A stretch of DNA of 62,230 bases, counting the filler, from a bacterium (GTDB taxonomy: Bacteria; JAMORN01), in the NCBI GenBank assembly GCA_027063545.1. It is 20 parts of 20 records of this genome, joined end to end, with 100 filler letters (N's around TTAATTAATTAA, not from the genome) between each part and the next. Parts side by side here need not be neighbours in the genome. Positions count along the whole stretch, not along the records: positions 45,270 to 47,662 come from JAMORN010000349.1; positions 47,763 to 50,133 come from JAMORN010000350.1; positions 50,234 to 52,579 come from JAMORN010000351.1; positions 52,680 to 54,996 come from JAMORN010000352.1; positions 55,097 to 57,411 come from JAMORN010000353.1; 15 more parts are not named here. The stretch is one strand, 5' to 3'. Below the pieces are notes generated by a model. It was not told the DNA's origin. It saw nothing but the letters and a program-made list of their open reading frames with translations, and made no database searches. Position 1 is the first letter of the stretch. Each line of letters opens with the position of its first letter. This document shows, one piece after another, positions 45,270 to 55,758 of this stretch. The position numbers were made by a program, and so were the translations under genes.

Positions 45270-46553
45270 CCTACAAAGAATAAAGGTACATTAAAGATGG
45301 TTGAACAGCCGCCTATAAGAGAGCAAGAAGTTAAGAATTGGGATTTCTTTATAGAATTACCAGATCCATCACCAGAATTATTTAATCCAGCAACTCCAAC
45401 AGGATCTCAGTTTATTAGACCATTGTTTGAATTCTCTGGAGCATGTGCTGGATGTGGTGAAACTCCATATGTTAAGTTATTGACACAACTTTTTGGAGAT
45501 AGAGCAATAATAGCAAATGCTACAGGATGTTCATCTATATACGGTGGTAATTTACCAACTACACCATATACAGTAAGAAATGATGGTAGAGGTCCAACAT
45601 GGAATAACTCATTATTTGAGGATACAGCAGAATTAGCTTTAGGAATGAGATTAGCAGTAGATAAGTTAAATGAGTATGCTATAGAGTTATCTCAAAAATT
45701 ATTAACAATGGAAGTTTCAAATGAGTTAAAAGAGGTTATAAACAATATATTAAAGAATCCACAAAAGACACAACAAGAGATAGAACAACAAAGAAATTAT
45801 GTTATAGACCTAAAGAAGATGTTAAGTTCTCTTGATAGTTTTGAATCAAAAGAGTTATTATCAGTTGCAGACTTTTTAATTAAAAAGAGTGTATGGGGTA
45901 TTGGTGGAGATGGTTGGGCTTATGATATAGGTTATGGTGGTCTTGATCATGTTATTGCTTCAGGTAAAAATGTTAATTTATTAGTATTAGATACAGAAGT
46001 TTATTCAAATACAGGTGGACAGGCTTCTAAGGCTACACCAAAGGGTGGTGTTGCAAGATTTGCCGCAGCAGGAAAACCTGTATCTAAGAAAGACTTAGGT
46101 TTAATGGCAACAACTTATGGATATGTATATGTAGCAAGAATAGCTATAGGAGCAAATCCTGCACAAGCAGTAAAAGCATTTTTAGAGGCAGAAGCTTATG
46201 ATGGACCATCATTAATTATAGCATATTCTCATTGTATTGCTCATGGTTATGATTTAAGATATGGACCAGAGCAACAAAAGAAAGCTGTTAACACAGGGCA
46301 TTGGATCTTATTTAGATATAATCCAGAATTATTAAAACAAGGTAAAAATCCATTTTTATTAGATTCTAAAGAACCAACTTTACCAATGGAAGAATACTAT
46401 AAGAATGAAAACAGATTCAAAGTATTAATGAGAACTAATCCAGAAAGAGCTAAAAAGTTAGTAGAAGAAGCAGAAAGGGAAGCTAAGTGGAGATATAGAC
46501 TTTATAAGCTACTTGCTGAAGGTGATTTTTCTGATATATATGGAAATAACTAA
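45270..46553 (+). CDS. nifJ: Pyruvate:ferredoxin (flavodoxin) oxidoreductase, C-terminal part
   Basis: FEFSGACAGCGETPY, GGDGWAYDIG, YSNTGGQ. Confidence 0.96.
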   Translation, partial: PTKNKGTLKMVEQPPIREQEVKNWDFFIELPDPSPELFNPATPTGSQFIRPLFEFSGACAGCGETPYVKLLTQLFGDRAIIANATGCSSIYGGNLPTTPYTVRNDGRGPTWNNSLFEDTAELALGMRLAVDKLNEYAIELSQKLLTMEVSNELKEVINNILKNPQKTQQEIEQQRNYVIDLKKMLSSLDSFESKELLSVADFLIKKSVWGIGGDGWAYDIGYGGLDHVIASGKNVNLLVLDTEVYSNTGGQASKATPKGGVARFAAAGKPVSKKDLGLMATTYGYVYVARIAIGANPAQAVKAFLEAEAYDGPSLIIAYSHCIAHGYDLRYGPEQQKKAVNTGHWILFRYNPELLKQGKNPFLLDSKEPTLPMEEYYKNENRFKVLMRTNPERAKKLVEEAEREAKWRYRLYKLLAEGDFSDIYGNN

Positions 46554-46590
46554 ATAAAAAATATATATTTAAGAAGTAAAAATTGAGAGA

Positions 46591-46639
46591 AAAAGGCACG
46601 AGGGAGGGCTAATGTAGGCTCTCCTGAATGCCTTTTTTT
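46591..46639 (+). terminator. Intrinsic terminator after PFOR
   Basis: AAAAGGCA..AGGGAG...CTCTCCT..TGCCTTTTTTT hairpin. Confidence 0.7.
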
Positions 46640-46676
46640 ATTTTTAAATGGAAAAAAACTTAATGGAGGGAAGTCT

Positions 46677-47144
46677 ATGGCAGATTATATATTGATGACA
46701 AAAGAGGGATATAACCAGTTATTGAATGAATTAAAAAAGTTAAAAGAGATAGAAAGACCAGCAACAGTCCAAGCTTTAGAAGAAGCTAGGCAGATGGGGG
46801 ATTTAAGGGAGAATGCAGAATATCATGCTGCAAAAGAAAAGTTAGCATTAATAGATTCTAGAATAGCAGAGATTGAATATAGGTTATCTAAAGCAAAAAT
46901 TGTTGAGAAAAGCTCTGAAGATGGAAAAGTTGGATTTGGTTCCAAAGTTAAAGTTTTCAATTATAAGCTTAATAAGGAACAGGTGTATACAATTGTTTCT
47001 TCTGATGAAATGGATTTAAAGAGTTTAAAAATATCAATAGAGTCTCCTATTGGTAAAGCATTAATAGGACATGAAGAAGGAGATGAGGTTATTGTTCAAA
47101 TACCTAGTGGAGAAATGAAATTAAAAATATTGAAAATAGAATAA
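46677..47144 (+). CDS. greA: Transcription elongation factor GreA
   Basis: GDLRENAEYHAAK, ISIESPIGKAL. Confidence 0.97.
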   Translation: MADYILMTKEGYNQLLNELKKLKEIERPATVQALEEARQMGDLRENAEYHAAKEKLALIDSRIAEIEYRLSKAKIVEKSSEDGKVGFGSKVKVFNYKLNKEQVYTIVSSDEMDLKSLKISIESPIGKALIGHEEGDEVIVQIPSGEMKLKILKIE

Positions 47145-47145
47145 G

Positions 47146-47662
47146 ATGTGGTTGATAGAAGACTTTATTTATATAGATGATGTAGAAAGTGAAGGATTTA
47201 TTTATCCAATTTTAAGGCGTAAAAGACCTAATGCATTGGATTTTTCTCATTATAGTGGAAATAAGGAGATATTGCTAGATACTAAAAAATGCGTATTTTG
47301 TAATTATAAAAGAATAGTAACACCTATAAAGTATTCATATAGTATAGAACAAAATAGGTTTTATATTTATCCTATTAATGAAGAATATTTTGAAGCAGAA
47401 GACCATAGTGATTTTTTTATAGTTAATAATTTATATGAAATATTAGAATATAAACAACTTAAAGAGAAAGGTATTTCTTACAAGTTAGAATATAAGAAAC
47501 AAATAGAAAATTGGAAAAATTTTTTATTAAGGTATAGAAGTGATTTTTTTGATAATATAAAGGAAAAGGTAAATAATATTGATTACATTTTTTATGGTTT
47601 TAATAATGTACTAATATATAAAAAACACTTATATAAAGATAAATATGGTGAATTATTTCCTT
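47146..47662 (+). CDS. Hypothetical protein, truncated
   Basis: Starts 1 bp after greA; contains a CVFC motif; no family recognised. Confidence 0.55.
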
Positions 47663-47762
47663 NNNNNNNNNNNNNNNNNNNNNNNNNNNNNNNNNNNNNN
47701 NNNNNNTTAATTAATTAANNNNNNNNNNNNNNNNNNNNNNNNNNNNNNNNNNNNNNNNNNNN

Positions 47763-48929
47763 GCATTAGAATATGCTCATACTTTTACAATTCATAGAGA
47801 TATTAAACCAGCCAATATTATGTTGCAAAATGGTAAAGCCTATTTGATGGATTTTGGAATATCAAAGGCATTAGAAACAAGTGAAATAGTAAACGAAACT
47901 GTTATTGGGGCTATGGGTACAAGAAGCTATATGGCTCCAGAACAAGCATTTAATGCAAGTGATGTAGATAAAAGATGCGATATCTATTCTATGGGTATAT
48001 TGTTTTATGAATTGCTTACAGAACAAAAACCTGAAAATACTGCTATTAAAGATGCTTTAGCACCAAGTATATTAAACAATAAAATTACAAAAGAGTTAGA
48101 TAAAATCATTTTAAAAATGATAAATGCAAAACCAGAACATAGATTTAATGATATGCAAGAAATTATAGTTGAGGTAGATAAGGTATTTTATACATCTAAT
48201 GATAAAGTTTTTAGTCAAACTATTGAAATAGAAACTAATACAACAACTATTGATAATTTAGAAAATATGATACAAATACCTGAGGGATTCTTTTTTAGAG
48301 GTAGTGGAATAGAATCAAAAGTGATTTGTGAAAAACCTAGAAAAAAAGTTTATATTGATGAGTTTTATATTTGTAAATATCCAGTTACAAATAAAGAATA
48401 TTCTATATTTATAGAAAATACAGCTTATCCTAAGCCTATAGATTTTAATGATAAATTAACTAATTTTCCAAATCATCCAGTAGTTAATGTTTCTCAATTA
48501 GATGCATTGGCTTATTGTAAGTTTATCGGTGCAACTTTACCTACAGAGGCTCAATGGGAAAAAGTAGCTAAAGGTGGGAAAAATTTAGTTTACACTTGGG
48601 GCAAAGAGTTTAAAGATAATTATGCAAATATTGATAATATTAATAATGTAATTGTAGATGTGCAATGTTATGAAAAAGCTATTAATGAATATGGTATTTA
48701 TCAGTTAGCAGGGAATATTTGGGAATGGTGTTTAGATGATTACATAGAAGATTTTTATAAAAATAGTTCTTTAAAAAATCCAATAGCATTAAATAATAGC
48801 GATGATAAAGTTGTTCGTGGTGGTTCTTTTGATTTTATAAAAGATGCTTCTCGTACTAGTTTTAGGTATAAAAAAAATATGAATTTAAAAGATTTTAATA
48901 TTGGGTTTAGAATAGTATATAATGGATAA
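47763..48929 (+). CDS. Ser/Thr kinase fused to an FGE-sulfatase (SUMF1) domain, 5'-truncated
   Basis: HRDIKPAN, DFG, GTRSYMAPE; then LPTEAQWE, GNIWEW, RGGSF, GFR. Confidence 0.92.
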   Translation, partial: ALEYAHTFTIHRDIKPANIMLQNGKAYLMDFGISKALETSEIVNETVIGAMGTRSYMAPEQAFNASDVDKRCDIYSMGILFYELLTEQKPENTAIKDALAPSILNNKITKELDKIILKMINAKPEHRFNDMQEIIVEVDKVFYTSNDKVFSQTIEIETNTTTIDNLENMIQIPEGFFFRGSGIESKVICEKPRKKVYIDEFYICKYPVTNKEYSIFIENTAYPKPIDFNDKLTNFPNHPVVNVSQLDALAYCKFIGATLPTEAQWEKVAKGGKNLVYTWGKEFKDNYANIDNINNVIVDVQCYEKAINEYGIYQLAGNIWEWCLDDYIEDFYKNSSLKNPIALNNSDDKVVRGGSFDFIKDASRTSFRYKKNMNLKDFNIGFRIVYNG

Positions 48930-49866
48930 TATGATAAAAATACTACTTGGTATAATTATTTTAACAGTAATGTTAGATGCTAAAAATAAATGTATAAAAG
49001 TAAAAAATGGAATAACTATTGAATGTTATGGATATAAAAAGAATGACAATAATATAGAGATAAAAGATGGTAAATTTACAATATTTTATAAAAATGGTAA
49101 TATTCAAAAATCTGGATTTTATAAAGAAAATAAATTAGATGGAATCTTTAAATGGTATAGTAAAAGTGGTAATTTAATAACAAAATGTTTATATAAGGAT
49201 AATTTGCCTTATAATGGAACCTGCTTAAAAACTGGATTTTCCTCATATAAAGATGATATTCTTTTTCAAGGTTATTCTATTGTTAAATATAAGAATTTTA
49301 AATTAAATGGAAAAATAAAGAGGTTTGATAGAGATAATAAACTAAATGCAGTTTTTATTTATAAAAATAATATTTTGAAAAATAAAAAAACTTGGATAAA
49401 TAAAAATAATTATAAAATAAATATTTTAGACAATAATATTAAAGAAGGTTTATGGGAATATAGAGATAATGATGGATTACTTGAAAGTGTTAAGCATTAT
49501 AAAAATGGTGTTTTAAATGGTGAAGTTATTGAATATGGTATATTTCAAAGAGTTATAAAAAGAGAAAATTATAAAAATGGTAAAAAAGTACAAAAAGTAC
49601 AAAAAGTAAGAAAAAAAGAAATTGTACAGAAAAAGAAATTTTCTGATTTTAAATACACTATTCAAATAGGTGTTTATAAAAGTTCAAACCAAGAGGTGTA
49701 TAAATATATAAATAAGCTTGAAAAAGTTAATATTTATTCATATATTAGATACAAAGATGAAACAATAGAATTATATTCTGGTAGATTTATCTCATTTAAA
49801 GATGCAAAAAAAAGATTAATTCAAATAAAAAAGGTGGTAAAAGATGCTTATGTCAAAGGGATATAG
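48922..49866 (+). CDS. Secreted MORN-variant repeat protein with C-terminal SPOR domain
   Basis: Signal peptide, G.F..Y..NG/YK.G repeats, YTIQIGVY...GRF..DAYV SPOR pattern. Confidence 0.8.
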   Translation: MDNMIKILLGIIILTVMLDAKNKCIKVKNGITIECYGYKKNDNNIEIKDGKFTIFYKNGNIQKSGFYKENKLDGIFKWYSKSGNLITKCLYKDNLPYNGTCLKTGFSSYKDDILFQGYSIVKYKNFKLNGKIKRFDRDNKLNAVFIYKNNILKNKKTWINKNNYKINILDNNIKEGLWEYRDNDGLLESVKHYKNGVLNGEVIEYGIFQRVIKRENYKNGKKVQKVQKVRKKEIVQKKKFSDFKYTIQIGVYKSSNQEVYKYINKLEKVNIYSYIRYKDETIELYSGRFISFKDAKKRLIQIKKVVKDAYVKGI

Positions 49867-50133
49867 TGATGTTGGATTGGTAAGAAAAATAAATGAAGAT
49901 TCGTTTATTATAAATAATAATATATCACTTCTTGTAGTGTCAGATGGTATGGGTGGTTATGAAAAAGGTGATATAGCTAGTCAGATTATAGTTAAAAATT
50001 TAGATGATATCATGATTGATTATAATCAAGAAACTGAAAAAACAAACTATATCGATGAAAATACCAATGATATAGAACATCAAATATCTACATATCTAAA
50101 TAGAGCAATTATAAACTCTAAAGATAGTATAAA
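49844..50133 (+). CDS. PP2C-family Ser/Thr phosphatase N-terminus (truncated)
   Basis: SDVGLVRKINED, VSDGMGG..KGDIAS. Confidence 0.9.
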
Positions 50134-50233
50134 NNNNNNNNNNNNNNNNNNNNNNNNNNNNNNNNNNNNNNNNNNNNTTAATTAATTAANNNNNNNNNNN
50201 NNNNNNNNNNNNNNNNNNNNNNNNNNNNNNNNN

Positions 50234-50379
50234 CCTATTAAATTAGGTACTTTTACATCTTCTTTATACGCACCTACAAATATAGGAAGAAATATCTTAT
50301 CTGTTAATATGTAGCCTAATACAATAAAGAAAAAAAAAGTGATAATAAAAGCTATAAAAAATTTTATTACCTTCACCAT
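50234..50379 (-). CDS. PASTA-domain protein N-terminus (truncated)
   Basis: TM helix followed by VKVPNLI, a typical PASTA start. Confidence 0.55.
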
Positions 50380-50608
50380 ACCTAATGCCCTTTTTTTTTA
50401 TTTACTTTGTAATATATAAAATATAGTATTTTTATATTGCTATACAAAAGAATTTATTTTTTATCATAAATAGGTTTGATTTTAATATAGTTTAGAGAAA
50501 AAAATCACTTTTAAATCTATTGAAATTATATCATTAAATAATTATATTAAAAATCACTTAAATAGTGATAAAAAAATAATAAACCATACATTCAGGAGGT
50601 TAATTAAA

Positions 50609-50938
50609 ATGGCGGAAAAACCAAATTTATTCCATGTAACTGACTCTGAATTTAAGGATAAAGTTTTAGGATCAGATAAACTTGTTGTTGTAGATTTTTG
50701 GGCTGAATGGTGTGTACCATGTAAAATGATTGCCCCAATAATTGAACAACTTGCTGATGAATATCCAGATGTTTTATTCGCAAAAATGGATGTAGATGCT
50801 AACCCTGAAACAGCAACTGAGTATGGAATAATGAGTATACCTACAGTTGGATTCTTTAAAAATGGACAGCTTGTTGATCAGATAGTAGGAGCTGTACCAA
50901 AGAAATTTTTTGTAGATATGATAGAAAAACATAAATAG
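50609..50938 (+). CDS. trxA: Thioredoxin
   Basis: DFWAEWCVPCK, SIPT. Confidence 0.96.
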   Translation: MAEKPNLFHVTDSEFKDKVLGSDKLVVVDFWAEWCVPCKMIAPIIEQLADEYPDVLFAKMDVDANPETATEYGIMSIPTVGFFKNGQLVDQIVGAVPKKFFVDMIEKHK

Positions 50939-50950
50939 GAGGTGATATAA

Positions 50951-51940
50951 ATGACCCCTTTAGAATTTGGATTTAGTTTAGGAGGAAGTTCTTCTTCTGA
51001 AAGTAAAGAAGCTAAAAAATTTGATGTTGGAATAATAGGGACAGGGCCTGCGGGCTTACAGGCTGCTATATATACAACAAGAAGAAGTTTAAAAACAGTT
51101 ATATTTGGTAAAGTTGAGAATAGTGATTTATACATCTCAAAACTAGAAAACTTATTTGGAGCAAAAACTTGGAATGGTGCGGAGCTTCTTTTAGAAGGAA
51201 GACAAAAAATAGAAGGTTGGGGCGGTGTGTTTACAAATACAGATATAGTAAAGGTACGTCCTATAGATGAGTATACTTTTGAGTTAAAAGATGAAAAACA
51301 TAATATATATCATGTTCATACTGTGCTTTTTGCTACAGGAATAAAGCATGATAGATTGGGTGTTCCGGGAGAAAAGGAATACTTAGGAAAAGGTGTTTCT
51401 ACTTGCGTTGAATGTGATGCTCATTTCTTTAAAGGTAAAACTGTTGCAGTGGTTGGTGCAAAAAGTGCGGCAATAGAAGGTGTTGAAATTCTTCATCCTA
51501 TTACAAATAAAGTTTATTTAATCACTCAAGAAAAAGAAGTAGATTTTGAAGAGTTAAAATATATTAAAGAATACAATAATGTAGAAATTATTAATGATAA
51601 AGTTAAAGAGATTTTAGGTGATGGTAAAAGGGTTACAGGTGTTATTTTAGAGAATGGAAAAAAAATCGATTTAGATGGTGTTTTTATTGAATTGGGGGCA
51701 AAAGGTATAATAGAATTAACAACTGATATACTTTTAGAGTTAGATGAAGATATGAAGCATATTGTGGTAAATAGAAAAATGGAAACAAATGTAAAGGGTG
51801 TATATGCAGCTGGTGATATAACAGGTCTTCCATATCAGGCTGCAAAAGCCATTGGAGAAGGTGCTGTTGCTGGTATTGAAATGGGAAATTATGTAATTAA
51901 AGTAAAAAGAATTTTAAAAGCTAAAGAGGGTAAAAAATAG
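50951..51940 (+). CDS. trxB: Thioredoxin reductase-like flavoprotein
   Basis: GTGPAG FAD motif, CVEC redox centre, TNVKGVYAAGD; adjacent to trxA. Confidence 0.88.
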   Translation: MTPLEFGFSLGGSSSSESKEAKKFDVGIIGTGPAGLQAAIYTTRRSLKTVIFGKVENSDLYISKLENLFGAKTWNGAELLLEGRQKIEGWGGVFTNTDIVKVRPIDEYTFELKDEKHNIYHVHTVLFATGIKHDRLGVPGEKEYLGKGVSTCVECDAHFFKGKTVAVVGAKSAAIEGVEILHPITNKVYLITQEKEVDFEELKYIKEYNNVEIINDKVKEILGDGKRVTGVILENGKKIDLDGVFIELGAKGIIELTTDILLELDEDMKHIVVNRKMETNVKGVYAAGDITGLPYQAAKAIGEGAVAGIEMGNYVIKVKRILKAKEGKK

Positions 51941-51950
51941 ATTTCTTTAA

Positions 51951-51976
51951 CCCCTCTCAGATAAAGCTGAGAGGGG
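51951..51976. terminator. Hairpin between convergent genes
   Basis: CCCCTCTCAG-ATAAAG-CTGAGAGGGG perfect stem. Confidence 0.75.
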
Positions 51977-52579
51977 CTATAACTCTTTAATCAAAGGTTC
52001 TATTAATGCTTCCTGTGGATAGTATTTTTTGAATAATTCTTTACATAGAATTCCATACTCTTTTAATTCTTTTGGTTGTTTTAATAAATTTTTTAAAGCA
52101 GAAACAATCTCTTCCTTTTTTACCATTAAAAGAGGAACATTCTCCCAAGGATAATCTTTTGAAAATTCACTTAAAACAGGAATACCATTATTTAATAGAT
52201 ATGACACTCGTACACTTTCAAAATAATTATAATTATATGAATGGATATTTAAAACAATTCTCGATTTCTCTATATATTTATTCCTTTCTTCTCCATAAAC
52301 TCCAAATAGATATTTAAATCTTATTTTATTTGTTTCTATCTCATCTAAAATTTTTCTTCTCCTTTCATTTACTGCTCCATAAAATAAAACATCTATAGTT
52401 TTTTTTGTATTTATATTTAATTCTTCTAAAGCTTCTGAATAACCTATCTTTAAATAATTTGCTTCTATTCCATATTTCTTTAAAAAGTCAATATTATAAA
52501 TAAAAACATCCCAAACTTTATAAGCTGATTTTAAAATATCTAAAATATGAACCCTTCTTTCTGGCACAGAGAATATTCC
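51977..52579 (-). CDS. GT-B fold glycosyltransferase, C-terminal part
   Basis: DVLFYG..NERR, SRIVLNIH, FESVR, PVLSE. Confidence 0.75.
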   Translation of the reverse strand, partial: GIFSVPERRVHILDILKSAYKVWDVFIYNIDFLKKYGIEANYLKIGYSEALEELNINTKKTIDVLFYGAVNERRRKILDEIETNKIRFKYLFGVYGEERNKYIEKSRIVLNIHSYNYNYFESVRVSYLLNNGIPVLSEFSKDYPWENVPLLMVKKEEIVSALKNLLKQPKELKEYGILCKELFKKYYPQEALIEPLIKEL

Positions 52580-52679
52580 NNNNNNNNNNNNNNNNNNNNN
52601 NNNNNNNNNNNNNNNNNNNNNNNTTAATTAATTAANNNNNNNNNNNNNNNNNNNNNNNNNNNNNNNNNNNNNNNNNNNN

Positions 52680-53322
52680 TTGAATGTCCAATATTAAGCT
52701 CTTCTATTTGAGGAATCTTGGCTATAGAGACTACATTTATATAATTTAATCCATGACCTGCATGAACTTTTATACCATTATTATACGCAAGCTCAGCCCC
52801 TCTTATTAATCTTTCCAATTCTCTTTTTACTTCATCACCTTTAGCATTTGAGTAACTTCCTGTATGAAGCTCTATAGCATCTACTCCCAAATCCCTTGAA
52901 GCTAAAATTTGATCCTCATCTGGATCTATAAATAAAGAAACTTTTATGCCTTCTTTTCTCAATATGTCAACAAATTCTTTTACCTCATCTTTTCTTGATA
53001 GAACATCTAGTCCACCTTCTGTGGTTATTTCTTCCCTTCTTTCTGGAACAATTGTAACTTGATCAGGCATAAATTTAGTAATATACTTTATCATATTAAG
53101 ATCTGCTCCACATTCTAAATTAAGCATTGTCTTTATTACTTTTCTTAAAAGCTCAACATCCCTGTCATGAATATGACGCCTATCCTCTCTTAGATGTATG
53201 GTTATGCCATCAGCTCCGCCAAGTTCTGCTAAAACTGCTGCATATATAGGATCTGGTTCTATTGTTTTTCTTGCTTCTCTTAAGGTAGCTACATGGTCGA
53301 TATTAACGCCTAATCTTATCAT
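52680..53322 (-). CDS. pdxJ: Pyridoxine 5'-phosphate synthase (truncated)
   Basis: LGVNIDHVATLR, HLREDRRHI, HAGHGL, ELNIGHS. Confidence 0.97.
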
Positions 53323-53341
53323 AAATATTTCCTCCTTTTAT

Positions 53342-54490
53342 TTAATCTTTATCAATAACAAGTGATGAAAGAAAAACAAATTCCATTCCTCTTGCTTCTA
53401 ATTTATCTATATAATCACTTAATATTTTATAAGTTATCTTTTTAGGCCTTACAACAATAACAACCTCTCCCTTTTTTATACCTTTATATAAAAATTTATT
53501 AAATCTTCTTTTTACATCTTTATAAGAATTTGAATTATCAAGTATTCCATCATATCTTATATACTCAATACCTTTTTTAAATGCTAAACTATCTGTATAA
53601 AAATAATCTAAACCACCTGTATAAAGAAAATATAAGTTTTTTTGTTTTATAAAATCATAAATTATCCCTAAAGACTCCTCATCTCTTAAGACTTTAAATC
53701 CTCTAAAGTTTGTAACTCCAGCAACAGAATAACCTTCAAAAAACTTATATAAAATGTCCAGTCTTCTTTTTATTTTATCTGTATTTAAACTTACTAAAAT
53801 ACCATAATCTGTCATATAATTTGATATTTCTACCTCTCTTTTCTTCCCTGAAATTATAGGATAATATTTTGGTTCCATTGGTATATTAATTAAAATCTCA
53901 TGCCCTCTTATTTTAGCCTCTTTCAATATTTCTTTTGAATGCTTAAAATATGGTAAAATGGCTACATTTAATTTTATTGGTAAACTTAAAATTCTTAACT
54001 CATCTTCAATATTGTAAAATCCAAAATTAATAACAACAATTGCAATTTTAACATTAGAATATAGCTTTTTATCTCTAACAAATAGATATTTTATAATGTC
54101 TTTATCTTCTTTACCAATAGTAATACTTAGCTTATCACGATTTCTATCATAATAAACGTCTTTAAAATAATATACTGAAGAATCTAAAATAGATTTAAGA
54201 TATACTAATAAATCAGTATATGGGATATTTTTCGGGAATTTATAAACTTTATAAAAGAAGTTTTTCTTTTTTAATAAAGAATCTCTATAAGTTATTTTTT
54301 CAAAAAAAAGTCTTTTTTGAAAAAAAGAATCTATCTTTTGAGATGATAAAAGTTTTTTGTTATTAATAACTTTTTCATTTTGACTATTCCCTTTTGATGA
54401 ACAACTTGTAAATATAGTTATAAAAAATACTATACTAAAAAAATATTTATTAAATATTTTTAATATCCTCATATATCTTAATGAAATCAT
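53342..54490 (-). CDS. Divergent polysaccharide deacetylase (YibQ-like) lipoprotein
   Basis: Lipobox FTS-C, IAIVVINFG, GHEILINIPMEP. Start may be 54472. Confidence 0.8.
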   Translation of the reverse strand: MISLRYMRILKIFNKYFFSIVFFITIFTSCSSKGNSQNEKVINNKKLLSSQKIDSFFQKRLFFEKITYRDSLLKKKNFFYKVYKFPKNIPYTDLLVYLKSILDSSVYYFKDVYYDRNRDKLSITIGKEDKDIIKYLFVRDKKLYSNVKIAIVVINFGFYNIEDELRILSLPIKLNVAILPYFKHSKEILKEAKIRGHEILINIPMEPKYYPIISGKKREVEISNYMTDYGILVSLNTDKIKRRLDILYKFFEGYSVAGVTNFRGFKVLRDEESLGIIYDFIKQKNLYFLYTGGLDYFYTDSLAFKKGIEYIRYDGILDNSNSYKDVKRRFNKFLYKGIKKGEVVIVVRPKKITYKILSDYIDKLEARGMEFVFLSSLVIDKD

Positions 54491-54996
54491 TTATACTAAT
54501 ATCCTCACCTCTAGTATGTTCATTATATCCATGCTTATTTAAAATACTAATTAATTTGTCTTTAGGATAATATGTTTTTAAATTATTTATTATAGTTTTT
54601 CTTTTATATTTAAAAACCCTATCGATAAAAATAAAAAAATCATCTATCTCTTCTTGGAAAAAATTTGTTTTTCTATTTATTTTAAAAAAACTGCTTAAAA
54701 CTTTTGGACGAGGTCTAAAATTGTTAGGCGATATAGTATATAAATATTCTACATCAAAAAAAATATTTAAAATAACAGACAAAAAACTTTTATCTTTATT
54801 TCTTTTTAAAAGGAATTTATCTACAACTTCCTTTTGTAACATAAAATAACCTTCTTTTATATAAGTATAATGCTTTACAATATTCAAAATTATTAAACTA
54901 CCAACACTATATGGTAAATTTCCAACCACTATTAAATTTTTAATACCAAAAGAGTAATAATCTAATTTTGTTGCATCTAAATTTTTTATAATAACT
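54450..54996 (-). CDS. rsmA: 16S rRNA dimethyladenosine transferase, C-terminal part
   Basis: VVGNLPY, MLQKEV, F.PRPKV.S, RKTI.N. Confidence 0.9.
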
Positions 54997-55096
54997 NNNN
55001 NNNNNNNNNNNNNNNNNNNNNNNNNNNNNNNNNNNNNNNNTTAATTAATTAANNNNNNNNNNNNNNNNNNNNNNNNNNNNNNNNNNNNNNNNNNNN

Positions 55097-55758
55097 CTAT
55101 CTGTTGGGGTTAATATATAGGGCGAATTAGATCCTTTAAAATATATACTATCACCCTTTAGATAATATCTTATAGTATCACTATATGTTCTTAAATCTTT
55201 ATCATAAAAGGTTGAGGAATCATAGACTTCTATATACGAGTTTTTTTTATTTATAAAAATCTCTTTCCCCATTAAAAAAAAAGAATCTTTATCTATAAAA
55301 ATTACTTTAGGATTTTTCCATATATATCCTATTTCTTTATTTAAGTCATATTCTATACTATCACTCTTTAATATCATAGTCGTATCCTCTATGTATCCAA
55401 ATATATTACCCTTTGCTTTTATTAACCTTTTTTGTTTATAGTAAAGCATAGAATCCGCTTCAAAATAATCTACAACAACTTTTCCCATTTTATCATATTT
55501 AATTATTCTTACTGAATCCTTTAAAAAGAAAAAATCGCTCTTCTTTTCGTATTTTAAGAAGTTAGAAATTAAAACTATATTATCCTGTCTTATTCTAACA
55601 TGTCCCATTAAATATGTTATTAAATTAGAATCTACAGGATTATATTCCGTTTTTAAACTATCAGTATGTTCTAGTATTATCTCTTTAGAATATAAAGTAT
55701 TAAGTAAAAAAAGAAATATAAGAAAAAAAGATAAAACTATTCTATTCAAGATCAACAT
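55097..55758 (-). CDS. LptA/OstA-like beta-jellyroll protein (truncated)
   Basis: Signal peptide, GHVRIRQ, ADS..Y, AKGN repeats; directly after lptC. Confidence 0.75.

Noticed and set aside
49583-49608. AAAAAGTAC repeated about three times
   Set aside because: In-frame 9-bp repeat encoding a KVQKVQKV linker; length change would not shift the frame.
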